Shown here: piece by piece, positions 49,701 to 58,882 of the stretch
Layout: each line of letters starts with the position of its first letter
Numbering within the stretch: the first letter of the stretch is position 1
Origin: an uncultured Acidobacteriota bacterium
GTDB taxonomy: Bacteria > Acidobacteriota > Thermoanaerobaculia > Multivoradales > UBA5704
Direction: 5' to 3'
Length of the DNA: 64,000 nucleotides
NCBI GenBank assembly: GCA_963770895.1
Contig: CAVYRF010000002.1
Span: forward strand, 4,864,001-4,928,000
Translations under genes and position numbers: made by a program
The notes under the pieces: generated by a model
The model's database searches: none
The model's input: the letters and a program-made list of their open reading frames with translations, nothing else
What the model was told of the DNA's origin: nothing

Positions 49701-51239
49701 CTGAGCGTCTGCCGGGGCAGCCGCCGGAGGAGAGGCGGCGGGGGCCGCCGGCGCGGCGGCGGTCGCACCGGTGGGCGCGGGCGCGGCGGGGGCGGTGCCG
49801 GGCGCCGCAGGCGCGGTGCTGGGCGCCGCAGGCGCGGTGCCGGGCGCACCGGGGGCGGTGCTGGGTGCACCGGGGGCTGTGCCGGGCGCACCGGGGGCGG
49901 TGCCGGGTGCACCGGGAACGGCTGCCGGGGCGGCGAGGGCCTTGCGCAGCGCTGCGAGCGGCGCGGCGATCGGTGCGAGCACGGCGTCCACGGCGCCGCG
50001 GTAGGTCGCCTGCGCTGTCGCCAGCCGATCGGCCGCCGTGGACGAAAGGTGGCGCTGCGCGACGTGCGCTGCCACTTCGGCGAAGCGCCGGCCCATCGCC
50101 GCGTCCGCCGCCTTGACGCGGTCGTAGGCGGCGAGCGCCGCCACTGGATCGATCGGCGCCGCTGCCGCGGCGCGGGCGGCGGTCGCTGTGGAGGCGGCGG
50201 AGGCGCCGCGGGCAGCCGTCGTCGTGGAGGCGGCGGAGGCGCCGGAAGACCCGGCGGTAGGTATGGCTGGCGGTGCGAGCGGCGCCGCGTCGCCGGCGCC
50301 GACGGGCGGCGGCACCTGGTAGCCGATGCCGGGGCGCCACGACAGGCCCGCGACCCTGGCCAGGGCGGCGAGCGCCGCGTTCACCTCGGTTTCGGGGCGG
50401 CCGGCGATGGTCCCGCTGCCGGGGGCCGCAGGCGCTGCCGCCGCGGCGGCGGAACGGTTGGTTCGCGCGGCGCCGGCCGCTCCGGGAGCGAGACCGCCCG
50501 GCGCTCCGGGCGCTCCGGCCGCCGCGGTGGGCGCCCGGCGCGGTGCGGGGAGCACGGCGCCGCCGGGAGTGGCGACGCTCTTGGCCATGGGGGAGGCCCC
50601 CGGCGCGCCCGCGGGGAGGGCCGCGCTGCCCGCGCGCGCCGCCGGCTGCATCGGCTTGCCGTCCTGGTGTTGGACCGGCACCGGCGACTGGCCGGGATGG
50701 ACCACGGCGACGATCACCGGGATCTTGATCTTCGCCACCGCGCCCGGCGGCATGGCGGCCGGCGACGACTTGGCAGATGCGGTGCCGCCCGAGTGCTGGC
50801 CGGGCGCCGTCGTGGTCGGCGCCGGGGTCGCCACCGGGGCGCCTTTCGGCGCTGGGGTGGGCGGCGCCGCCGTGGGCTGTGAGGGTGCCGGCGCCTGGAC
50901 CGGCGCAGCTTTGGTGGTCTGCTGCTGCTGGGTCTGGGTCGGCTGGATCTGCACCTGCTGTACCTGCGCCAGCTGTGTCTGCGCCTGCTGTGCCTGCGCC
51001 TGCTGGGTCTGCGCCGGTGCCGCCTTGACCGTCTGCGCCGGCGCCACGCCGGCGCCGCCGCCGATCCAACCCAGGCCCAGGCCGAGCGCGGCAAGCGCGG
51101 CGCCCCGCCAGCGCCTGCCCGGCGCGGGCCGGGCGGGGTGGGTGGCGCCTGCGCCGGGTCTCAGGAGACGGCTGGAGTCGGCGGCGCGGCGTGCGGCGGG
51201 TCGGCGGCGGGTCGGCGGCATCGGGGTGGGATCGCTCAT
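46551..51239 (-). CDS. N-terminal portion of the giant toxin carrier: signal peptide, low-complexity Ala/Pro region, inactive transglutaminase-like domain, Ig-like (Big_1-like) region; truncated at ~46706
   Basis: RRWRGAALAALGLGLGWIGGGAGVAPAQ signal; IFEWVRN.I..EWYGGSMKGAVGTL..GAGNDVDQASLLIALLRASG..ARYV, HTWVE; RDASGKPVQGATVTF and QDSYGNSISNVPVTF; abrupt GC drop at the 3' junction; the ORF-track start 51533 overlaps another gene. Confidence 0.8.
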   Translation of the reverse strand: MSDPTPMPPTRRRPAARRAADSSRLLRPGAGATHPARPAPGRRWRGAALAALGLGLGWIGGGAGVAPAQTVKAAPAQTQQAQAQQAQTQLAQVQQVQIQPTQTQQQQTTKAAPVQAPAPSQPTAAPPTPAPKGAPVATPAPTTTAPGQHSGGTASAKSSPAAMPPGAVAKIKIPVIVAVVHPGQSPVPVQHQDGKPMQPAARAGSAALPAGAPGASPMAKSVATPGGAVLPAPRRAPTAAAGAPGAPGGLAPGAAGAARTNRSAAAAAAPAAPGSGTIAGRPETEVNAALAALARVAGLSWRPGIGYQVPPPVGAGDAAPLAPPAIPTAGSSGASAASTTTAARGASAASTATAARAAAAAPIDPVAALAAYDRVKAADAAMGRRFAEVAAHVAQRHLSSTAADRLATAQATYRGAVDAVLAPIAAPLAALRKALAAPAAVPGAPGTAPGAPGTAPGAPSTAPGAPGTAPAAPSTAPAAPGTAPAAPAPTGATAAAPAAPAASPPAAAPADAQAARAAAVQALAGVRQALAAALASPPHPKLRSSLLPYRRQGLAPQAPATSPAVVPAYANPQAAAAGSADLAGTTEAPLTPEITAQAAALGYDYVQIFEWVRNTIRGEWYGGSMKGAVGTLRQGAGNDVDQASLLIALLRASGTGARYVHGVVQLPVAALATSLGVADNPSAAAPATLVTTVDAALSRAGVAHTPVVQGGGVAAFDVDHTWVEVYAPYTNYRGAVVDVSGATWLPLAPAIKTIADLPPTGVLRQMGYSVSGLIQQTFAAPQLQDPLAAIRLAVNGYLAQQPGAPAYAAQLGTRTVNAMTLGLLPSSLPMPVVAVTSEAPQVAPAVAHTVHLVARVGPNPTDQESLDVTLPVLAVAGERLTLSYIPATADDELTVESFGGLDLVPLYLVELLPQIDVDGAANTVGTQPIAMGIAHRLEVTFAGPCGSETIDESLTAGSYYALNVGAEEAIAPPAPATPDPGDVESQGAHLLSQEALAYSQHWDQAETELGGLFDVGVLRPLPSLSVVGNAVTIDLVASLPYAFQWQGVTLDAPLRVAEPFARGADPSTAFDWMRVSALEGSSWEHLTFEQDFQVDSVSADKGIGVANQAGIPVLHLTAQNATPLPSNLQQPAAVLADIQNWLSQGLTVDVPATAVTRDSWTGSIWVVEDPVSGGAAYLIAGGLAGGASAESPDQWTLQFAANALADPYGTVQPNADPLSAASLVIVSATNNQMGQVGTLLPAQLAVVARDASGKPVQGATVTFTTAAGTGGGTLVDPATSAESTSVAVVTDPLGHAAVTIRLGQQTAASPAFLLQSPTDAYATQALVQLVDASVSTHDGALSPDAPFYAYGFPGPPATIVSQEPSQQMGGNPGMYAGDVHVQVQDSYGNSISNVPVTFAVGPAARRDDVQCNNPPGSNQQNAAVFDDALAPNGNLAACPIPSPILGSCGGPSVVTTTNAYGTGAGVILGNDVAAMYTVNVSAGTLTMAPFVFYPSVKVGTQGPNGQPSQPDEFLTRRILHSKTPGASSNASCTIFCLRTVPSKRRPKASDHIRRFRKSHTAV

Positions 51240-51381
51240 CGTCGGTTCGAGAGGCGGCGCGGTCAGTGGCCGACCGGCAGGCAGCCGGTTGCTCGCCCCC
51301 TCCAGGGGGCTCCCACAAGGGGACGGTCTTGCTGTGCGACGAAACCCGACCGCCAAGCTCCCACTCCGAGTCAGAGCTTGC

Positions 51382-51675
51382 TCAGCCAGAGGCAAGCGAG
51401 GCGCACAATTGCCTAAGTCTACTAACTTCTTCCAGAAGCAGCGGTATGTCTTGCCTGGCATGAGCAATAAAATCCTGATCTCCGATGGTGGCGCCAGACA
51501 ATTCAATATCGTTGCCTCTACCAGAAGGGCCACCAGTCATTATGAAACTTGAGCCGGACGTGTGGTCCCGACCCTCAACGAACGATCTCCAAGGGCCGGG
51601 TGTTGCTCTCTGACACCTGGTCCGGATTGCGTCGAGATGGCCTTCGGTCAAGAACGCGCGCGTCGCAGAGTTCAT
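51382..51675 (-). CDS. Small hypothetical protein with ATPGPW / D.DFIAHARQDIP.LL.EV.RL motifs (Ead/Ea22-like), in an immunity position
   Basis: GAAGGTGG RBS-like sequence; motifs as stated. Confidence 0.7.
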   Translation of the reverse strand: MNSATRAFLTEGHLDAIRTRCQRATPGPWRSFVEGRDHTSGSSFIMTGGPSGRGNDIELSGATIGDQDFIAHARQDIPLLLEEVSRLRQLCASLASG

Positions 51676-51741
51676 GGCACCACCTTCACTAATTCGGGTT
51701 CGCGCCTGTAGGCGTAAAGAGATTCTCGGCTTGGCCAGGAG

Positions 51742-51945
51742 TTACTCGCCGCGGACGGTGTTGCGCACCCAATCGAAGACCTGCACGTAGTCGTAGCCCA
51801 AGGCTGTCGCCTGCGCCGTGATCTCCGGCGTCAGCGGCTCCTCCGTGGTGCCCCGGCACCGGCGACTGGCCGGGATGGACCCCGGCGACGATCACCGAGA
51901 TCTTGATCTTCGCCACCGCGCCCGGCGACATGGCGGCCGGCGATG
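51742..51945 (-). pseudogene. Miniature relic of the carrier gene: two distant pieces (~50677-50765 and ~49381-49490) joined
   Basis: PGAVAKIKI.VIVA.VHPGQSPVP joined directly to GTTE.PLTPEITAQA.ALGYDYVQ.F.WVRNT.RGE. Confidence 0.75.
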
Positions 51946-51967
51946 GGGGCCAAGGAAAGGTCCTGTT

Positions 51968-52552
51968 TCATTGACTAGCTAAGTCTTGTGCACGCTCTAA
52001 CACGGCTTGTTCTATATCATCTTCTTTGAGCGTCGATGCTACGGCTGGCCACTTGCTAAATGGTGCGTCGATCAGCTCCAGGAGGCCTACGTAGAATGCC
52101 TTCCTGACCTCGGGCGCGCTCGGATCGTATTCTTGAAGACCTTTCAACAGTAATCTGGCTGCTTCCGGCTTAAGGTCGGCATATGTTGACCCCAGAAATC
52201 CTAGTGCTGTAGCCGCGACCGCACGGACATAAGCATTTTCCTTAAAGGCCTTGGAAGCAATGACCGGGAAATACTCGCGGAGTGCCCACATGCGCCCCAG
52301 GACCTGAACAGTGAGTCGCCGAATCAGCGCTGCGTCATCAGGGTCGTCGCTCCGATAGTCAAGATAGGTGCTTACGATGTCCTTGCTCGCAAGATCTTTG
52401 CTGCGACCGATTATATGTATCAGCGTGTATGGGTCGGTGCGAAACTCACCAGTGATGAGTTGATCCCGGATGTCGTCGAGTACAGAAGAAGGTAGCGGTG
52501 TCCCCTCCTTTGCCTGATCTAAGAGCGCTAAGTAATTGAGATCATTTGGCAT
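51968..52552 (-). CDS. HEAT-like putative immunity protein cognate to the Ntox28-like tip
   Basis: Overlaps the Rhs stop (ATGCCAAATGA); lower GC; YVRAVAATALGFLG helical repeat. Confidence 0.8.
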   Translation of the reverse strand: MPNDLNYLALLDQAKEGTPLPSSVLDDIRDQLITGEFRTDPYTLIHIIGRSKDLASKDIVSTYLDYRSDDPDDAALIRRLTVQVLGRMWALREYFPVIASKAFKENAYVRAVAATALGFLGSTYADLKPEAARLLLKGLQEYDPSAPEVRKAFYVGLLELIDAPFSKWPAVASTLKEDDIEQAVLERAQDLASQ

Positions 52553-55500
52553 GTTGTGTGTATTGCCCTTTCAAGGCCTGTTTCGCCGCATCGAGGTTCT
52601 TGCTGGCTACGCTCAGCTCGTTGGTCAAGGCCTGGCGCTCCAACTCCGGCAGATTAGGATTGCCGAGTCTCGCGTTGATTTGAAGGATTCTTTTGTGCAG
52701 TGATTCTGCCGCTTCGGTGACCTCCTTGAGATGCTGACCGCCTTTCTGTTGTCCTGTTGCTGACTCATAAGACGCAGCTTCGAGATCTCGCCTGGAAGTG
52801 TGCTGTATAATTTTTGCCGTTTTCGTCTTCTCGATTGCGGACTCAACTGCTTCGGATGTAAGTGACCAGCCTTCCTCGATGAGAGCTTTGGCAGCTCGAC
52901 GCTCGACGATCTTCTTGATGCCTTCCTTTATCAGTACTACGAGTGCGCCTGCTCCGGCGCCCGCCTGCTCAACTTCCACTGCCTTCTCGGTGACCTTCGC
53001 GGCCTCTACGGCGACTTTTGTGCTTTTCTTTGTGAGCGCGGCGATGCCGGTGTCGTCATTTTGCTGAGGAGGCGCCTCGTCATCCTGGTCCTTGCGTTCG
53101 ACGTGTTTGTCAAAGATATCTGACCACTCTTGCACAGCGACCTGCAGGCCTTCTGTCCCCTCTTGAACGAGGTCGGTGACCTTTTCCCAGATGCTCTTTG
53201 CTTTCTTCGGCGGTTTCTTCTCTTGCGCCGGGGCCTGGGTGGGTTGCTGCTCCGACGACGGGTTGGTGGTGGTGAGTTGCCAGGGTTGCCCAGGCTGCTG
53301 CTGGACTTTGATCTCAGGCGCGCGCAACTCTGGCGGCAGGTCGTTGGCGTCCTCGGTCGTTTCACCCGTCGGGTCCCAATAGACCGTTGGATTGTCGTAT
53401 GCGTAGAGGTACCGCTGCAGGCTGGGCGGGTTGTCGGTTTTGCCGTCGGCGGGGTCTTCGGTCAGGAAGCGGCCGATGGTGGGGTCGTAGAAGCGGGCTT
53501 TGCAGTAGTAGAGGCCGGTTTCGGTGTCGAGCTCGTGGCCGGTGAAGGCGAAGGCGTTGAAGGTGGTGCCGGTGGTTGCGCGGTAGTTGCCCCAGGCGTC
53601 GTATTGGTAGGTGGCCCGGAGGCTGCCGGTGGTGGTGGTGAGGTCGGTGATCGAGCCTAAGGCGTCGAAGAGGTAGAAGGAGCGGCCTTCGGTCTGCTGG
53701 TTTTGGGAGAGGAGGCGGTCGGGGCCGTAGTCGTATTTGGCCAGGGTCTGGTTGTTGGCGTCGGTTTCCAGGAGGACGGATTTGTCGTCGAAGGTGTAGT
53801 GGATGTAGCCGAGGGCGCCTTGCTTGAGGACTCTCAGGCCCTTGTAGTCGTACTCGTAGGTGCCCAGGATCGAGGCGGCTTGCGAGACGGCGGTGAGCTG
53901 GTCGCGGACGTCGTAGTGGAAGGTGGTGGTGGTGCCGTTCTGGGTCTTTGCGAGCTGGTTGCCGTTGGCGTCGAAGGTGTAGGCGATGCTTTGCGCGCTG
54001 TTGAGGTTGTCGGTGAGGGTGGTGAGCTGGTGGCGCGCGTTGTAGGTCAGGGTGTGGTCGGTGAGGGGGGAGCTGTCGGCGTTGCTGGTGGCTTTTTCGG
54101 TGGTGCGGTCGCCGACCTTGTCGTAGGTGTAGGCGACCTGCTGATCGGGGTAGGTGACGCCGGTGAGGCGGTCGGCGGGGTCGGAGGTGTAGGTGGTGAT
54201 CTGGCCTGCGGCGGGGCCGTTGGCGCGGATTTCGAGCTGGCTTGTGCGGTTGCTGTCGGGGTCGTACTGGTATTGGAAGTGGCTGAGGACGGTCGCGGCG
54301 CCGAGGCGGTTTTCCTGGACCTGGATGCGGGCGGCGTCGTCGTAGGTGGTGTTTTCGTTGGTGCCGTTGGGGTAGGTGACGGTCTGGAGGCGGCTGTCGC
54401 GCAGGTAGGCGTAGTTAGTGATGCCGGCTCCGTTGACGTTGACGGCGGTGAGGCGGTTGAGGGCGTCGTAGGTGTAGCGGGTGACCAGGTTGTCGGGGTC
54501 CTGGAGGGTGGTGCGGTTGCCGTTGGGGTCGTAGGTGTAGGCGAGGGTGAGGTTGTAGCGATCGGTGACGGTGAGGAGGCGATCGAACAGATCGTAGGTG
54601 CGGGCGGTCTGGCGGGTGTTGGGGGCGCCGGACCAGGTCTCCTGGATCGCCGTGGGGTTGTTGTTGGGATCGTAGGTGAGGGCGATGGACTGGAGGTCGT
54701 CGGTCGTGGGCGGCGCCGGGGGCGGATAGGTGGCCAGGGCCTGGCGGTCGATGGCGTCGTAGGCGTAGGCGATGGTCTGGCCGTCGGCGTCGGTGAGGCC
54801 GGTGCGGTTGCCGTTGGGGTCGTAGGCGTAGGACTCGACGGCGTTGTCAGGGTAGGTCTTCTGGGTGACTCGATTGAGGGTGTCGTATTGCCAGGCGGTG
54901 GTCTTGGATTCGCCGTCGGTGGTGGTGAGGCGATTGCTGTCCAGGTCGTAGGTGTAGCTGGTGCGATCGCCCACGGGGTCCTGGACGGCGGTGAGGCGGT
55001 TGGCCGCGTCGTAGGCGTAGGTCCAGGGTTGGCCGGGGAAGGCGGGGCGCTGTCTCTGGATGCGGTTGCCGTCGCCGTCGTAGGCGTAGGTGGTGGTGTC
55101 GCCGGCGTTGTCGGTTTCGGTGAGGAGGTGGCGCCGCAGGTCGTGGGTGTAGGTGGTGACGCGGCCTTCGGGGTCGGTGGCGGTGGCGCGGTCGCCCATG
55201 GTGTCCAGGGTGAAGGTGGTGATGGCGGCCAGCGGGCGCTCTTCGGCGGTCTGCAGGTTCCTTTCGTCGTATTCGTAGCCGGTGGTGTTGCTGTTGGCGT
55301 CGGTGACGAAGCGGCGGTTGCCGGCGGGGTCGTATTGGATGGTTTGGAGCAGCACTCCGGCCTTGGTGGTCTGGGTGAGGCGCCCTTCGGGGTCGTAGGT
55401 GTGGGAGCTGAGGGTGCCGCGGCGGTCGATCTCGGTGAGCTTGCTGCCCAGGCCGTCGTAGGTGAAGGTCTGGGTGTAGGCCAGCGGCTGCGGGGCGGTG

Positions 55501-58500
55501 GTCAGGATCAGCCGGTTGAGGGCGTCGTAGGCGAAGGCAGTGGTCTGGCCCTTGCGATCGGTCTGCGCCAGGCGGTTGCCGACGGCGTCGTAGGTGACGG
55601 TGGTGGTGTAGGCGAAGGGCTGCGGGTCGGTGGTCTGCACCAGGCGGTCGAGGCGGTCGAACTGATAGGTGGTGATCGATCCGCGCGGATCGGTTTCGGC
55701 GACCTGGTTGCCGGCCACGTCCCAGGCCTTGGTGATCGTGCGGCTGGCGGGCAGATCCTGCTCGACGAGGCGGTGGAGCGCGTCGTAGTGGTCAGTGGTG
55801 AGGTTGCCGTTGGCGTCGGTCTGGGTGGTGGGGTCGCCGTTGGCGTCGTAGGTGGCGGCGCTGACGGCTCCGATCGTGTCGGTCGTCGCGATCAGGCGGT
55901 TGAGCGGGTCGTAGGCGTGGGTGACGGCGTCGCCATTGGGGAGCTGCTCGGAGATGCGGTTGTTGACCAGGTCGTAGCCGTAGGTGGTGACCAGGCTGCG
56001 GTTGGGCTGCGTGACCCGGTTGAGCAGCACGGTCGTCTGGGTGAGGCGGTTGCGCGGGTCGTAGGCGAAGTTGGTGGTGTTGAGGAGCGGATCGATCTTG
56101 CGCGTGGTGTTGCCGTCGGCGTCGTATTCGAAGGTGGTGGTGTCGCCGAGCGAATCGGTGCGCTGGACGGCGCGGTTGAGGGGGTCGAAGACGGCGGTGT
56201 GGACGCGGTCCTGCGGCTGGTTGCGCTGGCGCTCGCTGACCAGGTTGCCGTTGCCGTCCCAGGTGTCGACGGTCTCGGTGGGGGAGCCCGTCTGCCAGGG
56301 CGGCAGATCCTTCTGGAGCATGCGGTTGAGCTCGTCGTAGGTGATGGTGGTGAGGCGCCCCAGCGGGTCCTGCTGCTGCGTAACGTTGCCGTTGCCGTCC
56401 AAGGTGAAGAGGGTCGACACGAGGCCCGAGTCGCTGGTGCGGTCGGTGCGGATGCGGCGGTTCAGGCCGTCGTAGGTGTGGTGGGTGATGCGCGTGCTGA
56501 AGCCCGGCTGCGAGGAGTCGCTCAAGGTTTCGCTGGCGACGTTGCCGACCCCGTCGTAGGTGTAGGTGGTGGTCTTGCCGAGCGGTTCGTCGCGCTCTGC
56601 CAGCCGCTCGGCGTCGTCGTATTGGAAGGTGGTGTCGTGGCGCGGCGACGCGCTGTCGAACCAGTCGGTTTCGAGCGTCTTGTTGCTGGCCAGGTCGTAC
56701 TGGTAGAGCTTGGTGCCGGCGGCGGCGTTGTCGATCTGCACCGGCCTCCCCTGCAGGTCGGAGGTGGTCGTCGTCACCCGCCCCAGGGCGTCGGTCCTGG
56801 TGACGACGTCGCCGACGTCGTCGTAGGCGGTGGTTTCGACGGCCGGAGCGCTGCCGACCAGGGGGTAGGTCTTGCTGGTGACGCGGTTGAGCGTGTCGTA
56901 GGTGAAGCTGGTGACGTTGCCGTTGGGGTCGGTCTGGGTGAGCGGCAGGCTGCGCACGCTCCAGGCCGTGGCGGTGACGCCGCCCAGCGGGTTCTTGCTG
57001 GAGGCGAGGTTGCCGTAGGCGTCGTAGGTAAAGGCCGTGGTGTTGCCGCGCGCGTCGGTGGTCGAGGCGCGGTCGCCGCTCGGCAGATAGGTGTTGCCGA
57101 TGGTCAGGATCTGCTGGTTGCCCGAATCGTCGTGGACGGTGACCTGCTGCTGCGTCAGGTTGCCGGCTCCGTCGTAGGTGTACGACGTGGTGACGCCGTT
57201 GCGGTCGGTGCGGGTGGCGACGCGCTGCTTGATGTAGGGCGGCGTGAAGTTGGCCGGCGGCTCGTAGGTGGTCTGGATCGAATAGCTGTGGGTCTGCCCC
57301 TGGACGTCGGTGACGGCGACCGCTTCCGACAGCTGGTTGCCGTAGGCGTCGTAGGTGTAGCTGGTGGTGACGCCGTTGGCGTCGGTGCGGCTGGTCATCA
57401 GCACGTCGTCGACCGCCCAGGTCATCTGGGTGGTGTCCTGCAGCGGATCGACGATCTGCAGCGCGCTGCCGTACTGGTTGAGGGTGTAGGTGGTGAGCTT
57501 GCCGCGCGGGTCGCTGACGCCGACCCCCAGGCCTTGCGAGGCGCGGCTGACCAGGTCCGGCAGGTCGTAGCTGAACTGCGTGACGCCGCCCATCGGCTCG
57601 GTGAGCTGGGTGACGTTCCAGCTGGGCACCTGGACGTTGCCCTGCAGGCCGATCGCCGCCGCCCCGTACTGGTAGGTCGTGGTCGCGGTGTCGAGCTGGT
57701 TTTCGGCCGCGATCAGCTTGTGGCGCAGCGCCAGCCCGTACGATGGCGGCACGGCGTAGGTGTAGGTCTCGATGCGGCTGCCGCCCTCGCGGCTGGCCTC
57801 GGTGAGGTTGCCGTAGCCGTCGTACTGGAAGCTCATCGCCATGCCGTCGGGGCCGGCGATCTGACTGATCAGCGACCGCTGCTCGCCGGTCGGCTGCAGG
57901 GCTGTCTTCTGGTAGGTGAAGGCGAGGGCGCGGCCGGCGTCGTCGGCGACGGTGAGCAGCAGCGGCGGCTGGGTGGGGTCGCTGGTGTCGTAGGTGAGCC
58001 GCGTGGTGAGGCCGTTGGGATCGGCGACGTAGGAGAGCGGGAACTCGGAGGGGGCGCCCGAGGTGCCGGGGATGAAGTGATAGCGCAGCCCGGACTTGCT
58101 GTAGAAGTCGAAGCTGCCGTCGGCGCTGTTGGCGACCAGGCTGCCGTGGTAGCCGCGCAGCGGCGTGTAGTTGCCGTGGCCGTCGCCGACGAAGCGCATG
58201 CCGGAGCCTTCGCCGCCGATGACGATGACGTCGCCGCAGGGGGTGACGACGATCTTCGCGTCGTAGCTGTGGCTCCAGCCGACGCCGAGCGGGCCGGGCT
58301 CGTCGCCGGCGTTGCTCGAATAGTTGCGCGACAGGTCGAGCGCGGGCCCATGGCCGGGCAGGGACATGTCGTCGCGCGCCAGCGACAGGTGGCCGTCGAA
58401 GAGGTCGACGCCCTTGACGATGACGTGCCCGACCGGCAGGGTGTCACGGGAGCGGAACTCCGACACGATCGTGCCGGTCACGTCCTCGGTGGTGCCGTCG

Positions 58501-58688
58501 GCGTCGGCGACGCCGTGCAGGGTGTACTGGTAGGTGCCCGGCGCGAGCGAGTAGGCGGCCGGCGGCGTGCCTGCCGGCGACAGGATGACGCTCTGTTGGC
58601 CGGCGGCGTACTCCTGGCTCTGGAACAGGGTCTGGCTGGGGCCGTCGTTGGCGGAGCCGTCGGTGTTGAGGCTGGAGATGGGCGCCAC
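52542..58688 (-). CDS. Rhs/YD-repeat protein (DUF6531 + YD repeats + Rhs core) with Ntox28-like toxin; appears 5'-truncated
   Basis: GVDLFDGHL...DMSLPGHGPALDLSRNYSS...GPLGVGWSH; YD repeats; ARFYDPTIGRFLTEDP...NPTVYWDPTG; tip H...DL.AA..E...QHLKEV.EA...L...I..IN.RL.NP; no RBS or signal; high-GC coding character ends at ~58707. Confidence 0.88.
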   Translation of the reverse strand: MAPISSLNTDGSANDGPSQTLFQSQEYAAGQQSVILSPAGTPPAAYSLAPGTYQYTLHGVADADGTTEDVTGTIVSEFRSRDTLPVGHVIVKGVDLFDGHLSLARDDMSLPGHGPALDLSRNYSSNAGDEPGPLGVGWSHSYDAKIVVTPCGDVIVIGGEGSGMRFVGDGHGNYTPLRGYHGSLVANSADGSFDFYSKSGLRYHFIPGTSGAPSEFPLSYVADPNGLTTRLTYDTSDPTQPPLLLTVADDAGRALAFTYQKTALQPTGEQRSLISQIAGPDGMAMSFQYDGYGNLTEASREGGSRIETYTYAVPPSYGLALRHKLIAAENQLDTATTTYQYGAAAIGLQGNVQVPSWNVTQLTEPMGGVTQFSYDLPDLVSRASQGLGVGVSDPRGKLTTYTLNQYGSALQIVDPLQDTTQMTWAVDDVLMTSRTDANGVTTSYTYDAYGNQLSEAVAVTDVQGQTHSYSIQTTYEPPANFTPPYIKQRVATRTDRNGVTTSYTYDGAGNLTQQQVTVHDDSGNQQILTIGNTYLPSGDRASTTDARGNTTAFTYDAYGNLASSKNPLGGVTATAWSVRSLPLTQTDPNGNVTSFTYDTLNRVTSKTYPLVGSAPAVETTAYDDVGDVVTRTDALGRVTTTTSDLQGRPVQIDNAAAGTKLYQYDLASNKTLETDWFDSASPRHDTTFQYDDAERLAERDEPLGKTTTYTYDGVGNVASETLSDSSQPGFSTRITHHTYDGLNRRIRTDRTSDSGLVSTLFTLDGNGNVTQQQDPLGRLTTITYDELNRMLQKDLPPWQTGSPTETVDTWDGNGNLVSERQRNQPQDRVHTAVFDPLNRAVQRTDSLGDTTTFEYDADGNTTRKIDPLLNTTNFAYDPRNRLTQTTVLLNRVTQPNRSLVTTYGYDLVNNRISEQLPNGDAVTHAYDPLNRLIATTDTIGAVSAATYDANGDPTTQTDANGNLTTDHYDALHRLVEQDLPASRTITKAWDVAGNQVAETDPRGSITTYQFDRLDRLVQTTDPQPFAYTTTVTYDAVGNRLAQTDRKGQTTAFAYDALNRLILTTAPQPLAYTQTFTYDGLGSKLTEIDRRGTLSSHTYDPEGRLTQTTKAGVLLQTIQYDPAGNRRFVTDANSNTTGYEYDERNLQTAEERPLAAITTFTLDTMGDRATATDPEGRVTTYTHDLRRHLLTETDNAGDTTTYAYDGDGNRIQRQRPAFPGQPWTYAYDAANRLTAVQDPVGDRTSYTYDLDSNRLTTTDGESKTTAWQYDTLNRVTQKTYPDNAVESYAYDPNGNRTGLTDADGQTIAYAYDAIDRQALATYPPPAPPTTDDLQSIALTYDPNNNPTAIQETWSGAPNTRQTARTYDLFDRLLTVTDRYNLTLAYTYDPNGNRTTLQDPDNLVTRYTYDALNRLTAVNVNGAGITNYAYLRDSRLQTVTYPNGTNENTTYDDAARIQVQENRLGAATVLSHFQYQYDPDSNRTSQLEIRANGPAAGQITTYTSDPADRLTGVTYPDQQVAYTYDKVGDRTTEKATSNADSSPLTDHTLTYNARHQLTTLTDNLNSAQSIAYTFDANGNQLAKTQNGTTTTFHYDVRDQLTAVSQAASILGTYEYDYKGLRVLKQGALGYIHYTFDDKSVLLETDANNQTLAKYDYGPDRLLSQNQQTEGRSFYLFDALGSITDLTTTTGSLRATYQYDAWGNYRATTGTTFNAFAFTGHELDTETGLYYCKARFYDPTIGRFLTEDPADGKTDNPPSLQRYLYAYDNPTVYWDPTGETTEDANDLPPELRAPEIKVQQQPGQPWQLTTTNPSSEQQPTQAPAQEKKPPKKAKSIWEKVTDLVQEGTEGLQVAVQEWSDIFDKHVERKDQDDEAPPQQNDDTGIAALTKKSTKVAVEAAKVTEKAVEVEQAGAGAGALVVLIKEGIKKIVERRAAKALIEEGWSLTSEAVESAIEKTKTAKIIQHTSRRDLEAASYESATGQQKGGQHLKEVTEAAESLHKRILQINARLGNPNLPELERQALTNELSVASKNLDAAKQALKGQYTQHAK

Positions 58689-58882
58689 GGTGAGGGTGAC
58701 CTGGGTTGGCGATTTCTCAGATTTCCGATTTTGGACAGGGGTGGCCCAAACTCTATGCCGGTCGGTCAGAAAACCGGACAGGTTTTGGTCCGCACCCCAG
58801 ACGAAAGGTCTTTCTTTGTTTACAGACGCTTACGGTGCGCTATGTCAGGAGGTCTGGAGTCTGGCGACTGCGCGACTTACCA

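Noticed and set aside
38327-56870. Diversity-generating retroelement (template/variable repeat pairs)
   Set aside because: Duplicates are kilobases long, differences are not obviously adenine-specific, and there is no reverse transcriptase
58815-58852. dif/Xer-like site (CAGACGCTTAC-GGTGCG-CTATGTCAGGA) near a cassette boundary
   Set aside because: Weak match, not clearly repeated at other cassette boundaries, no recombinase nearby
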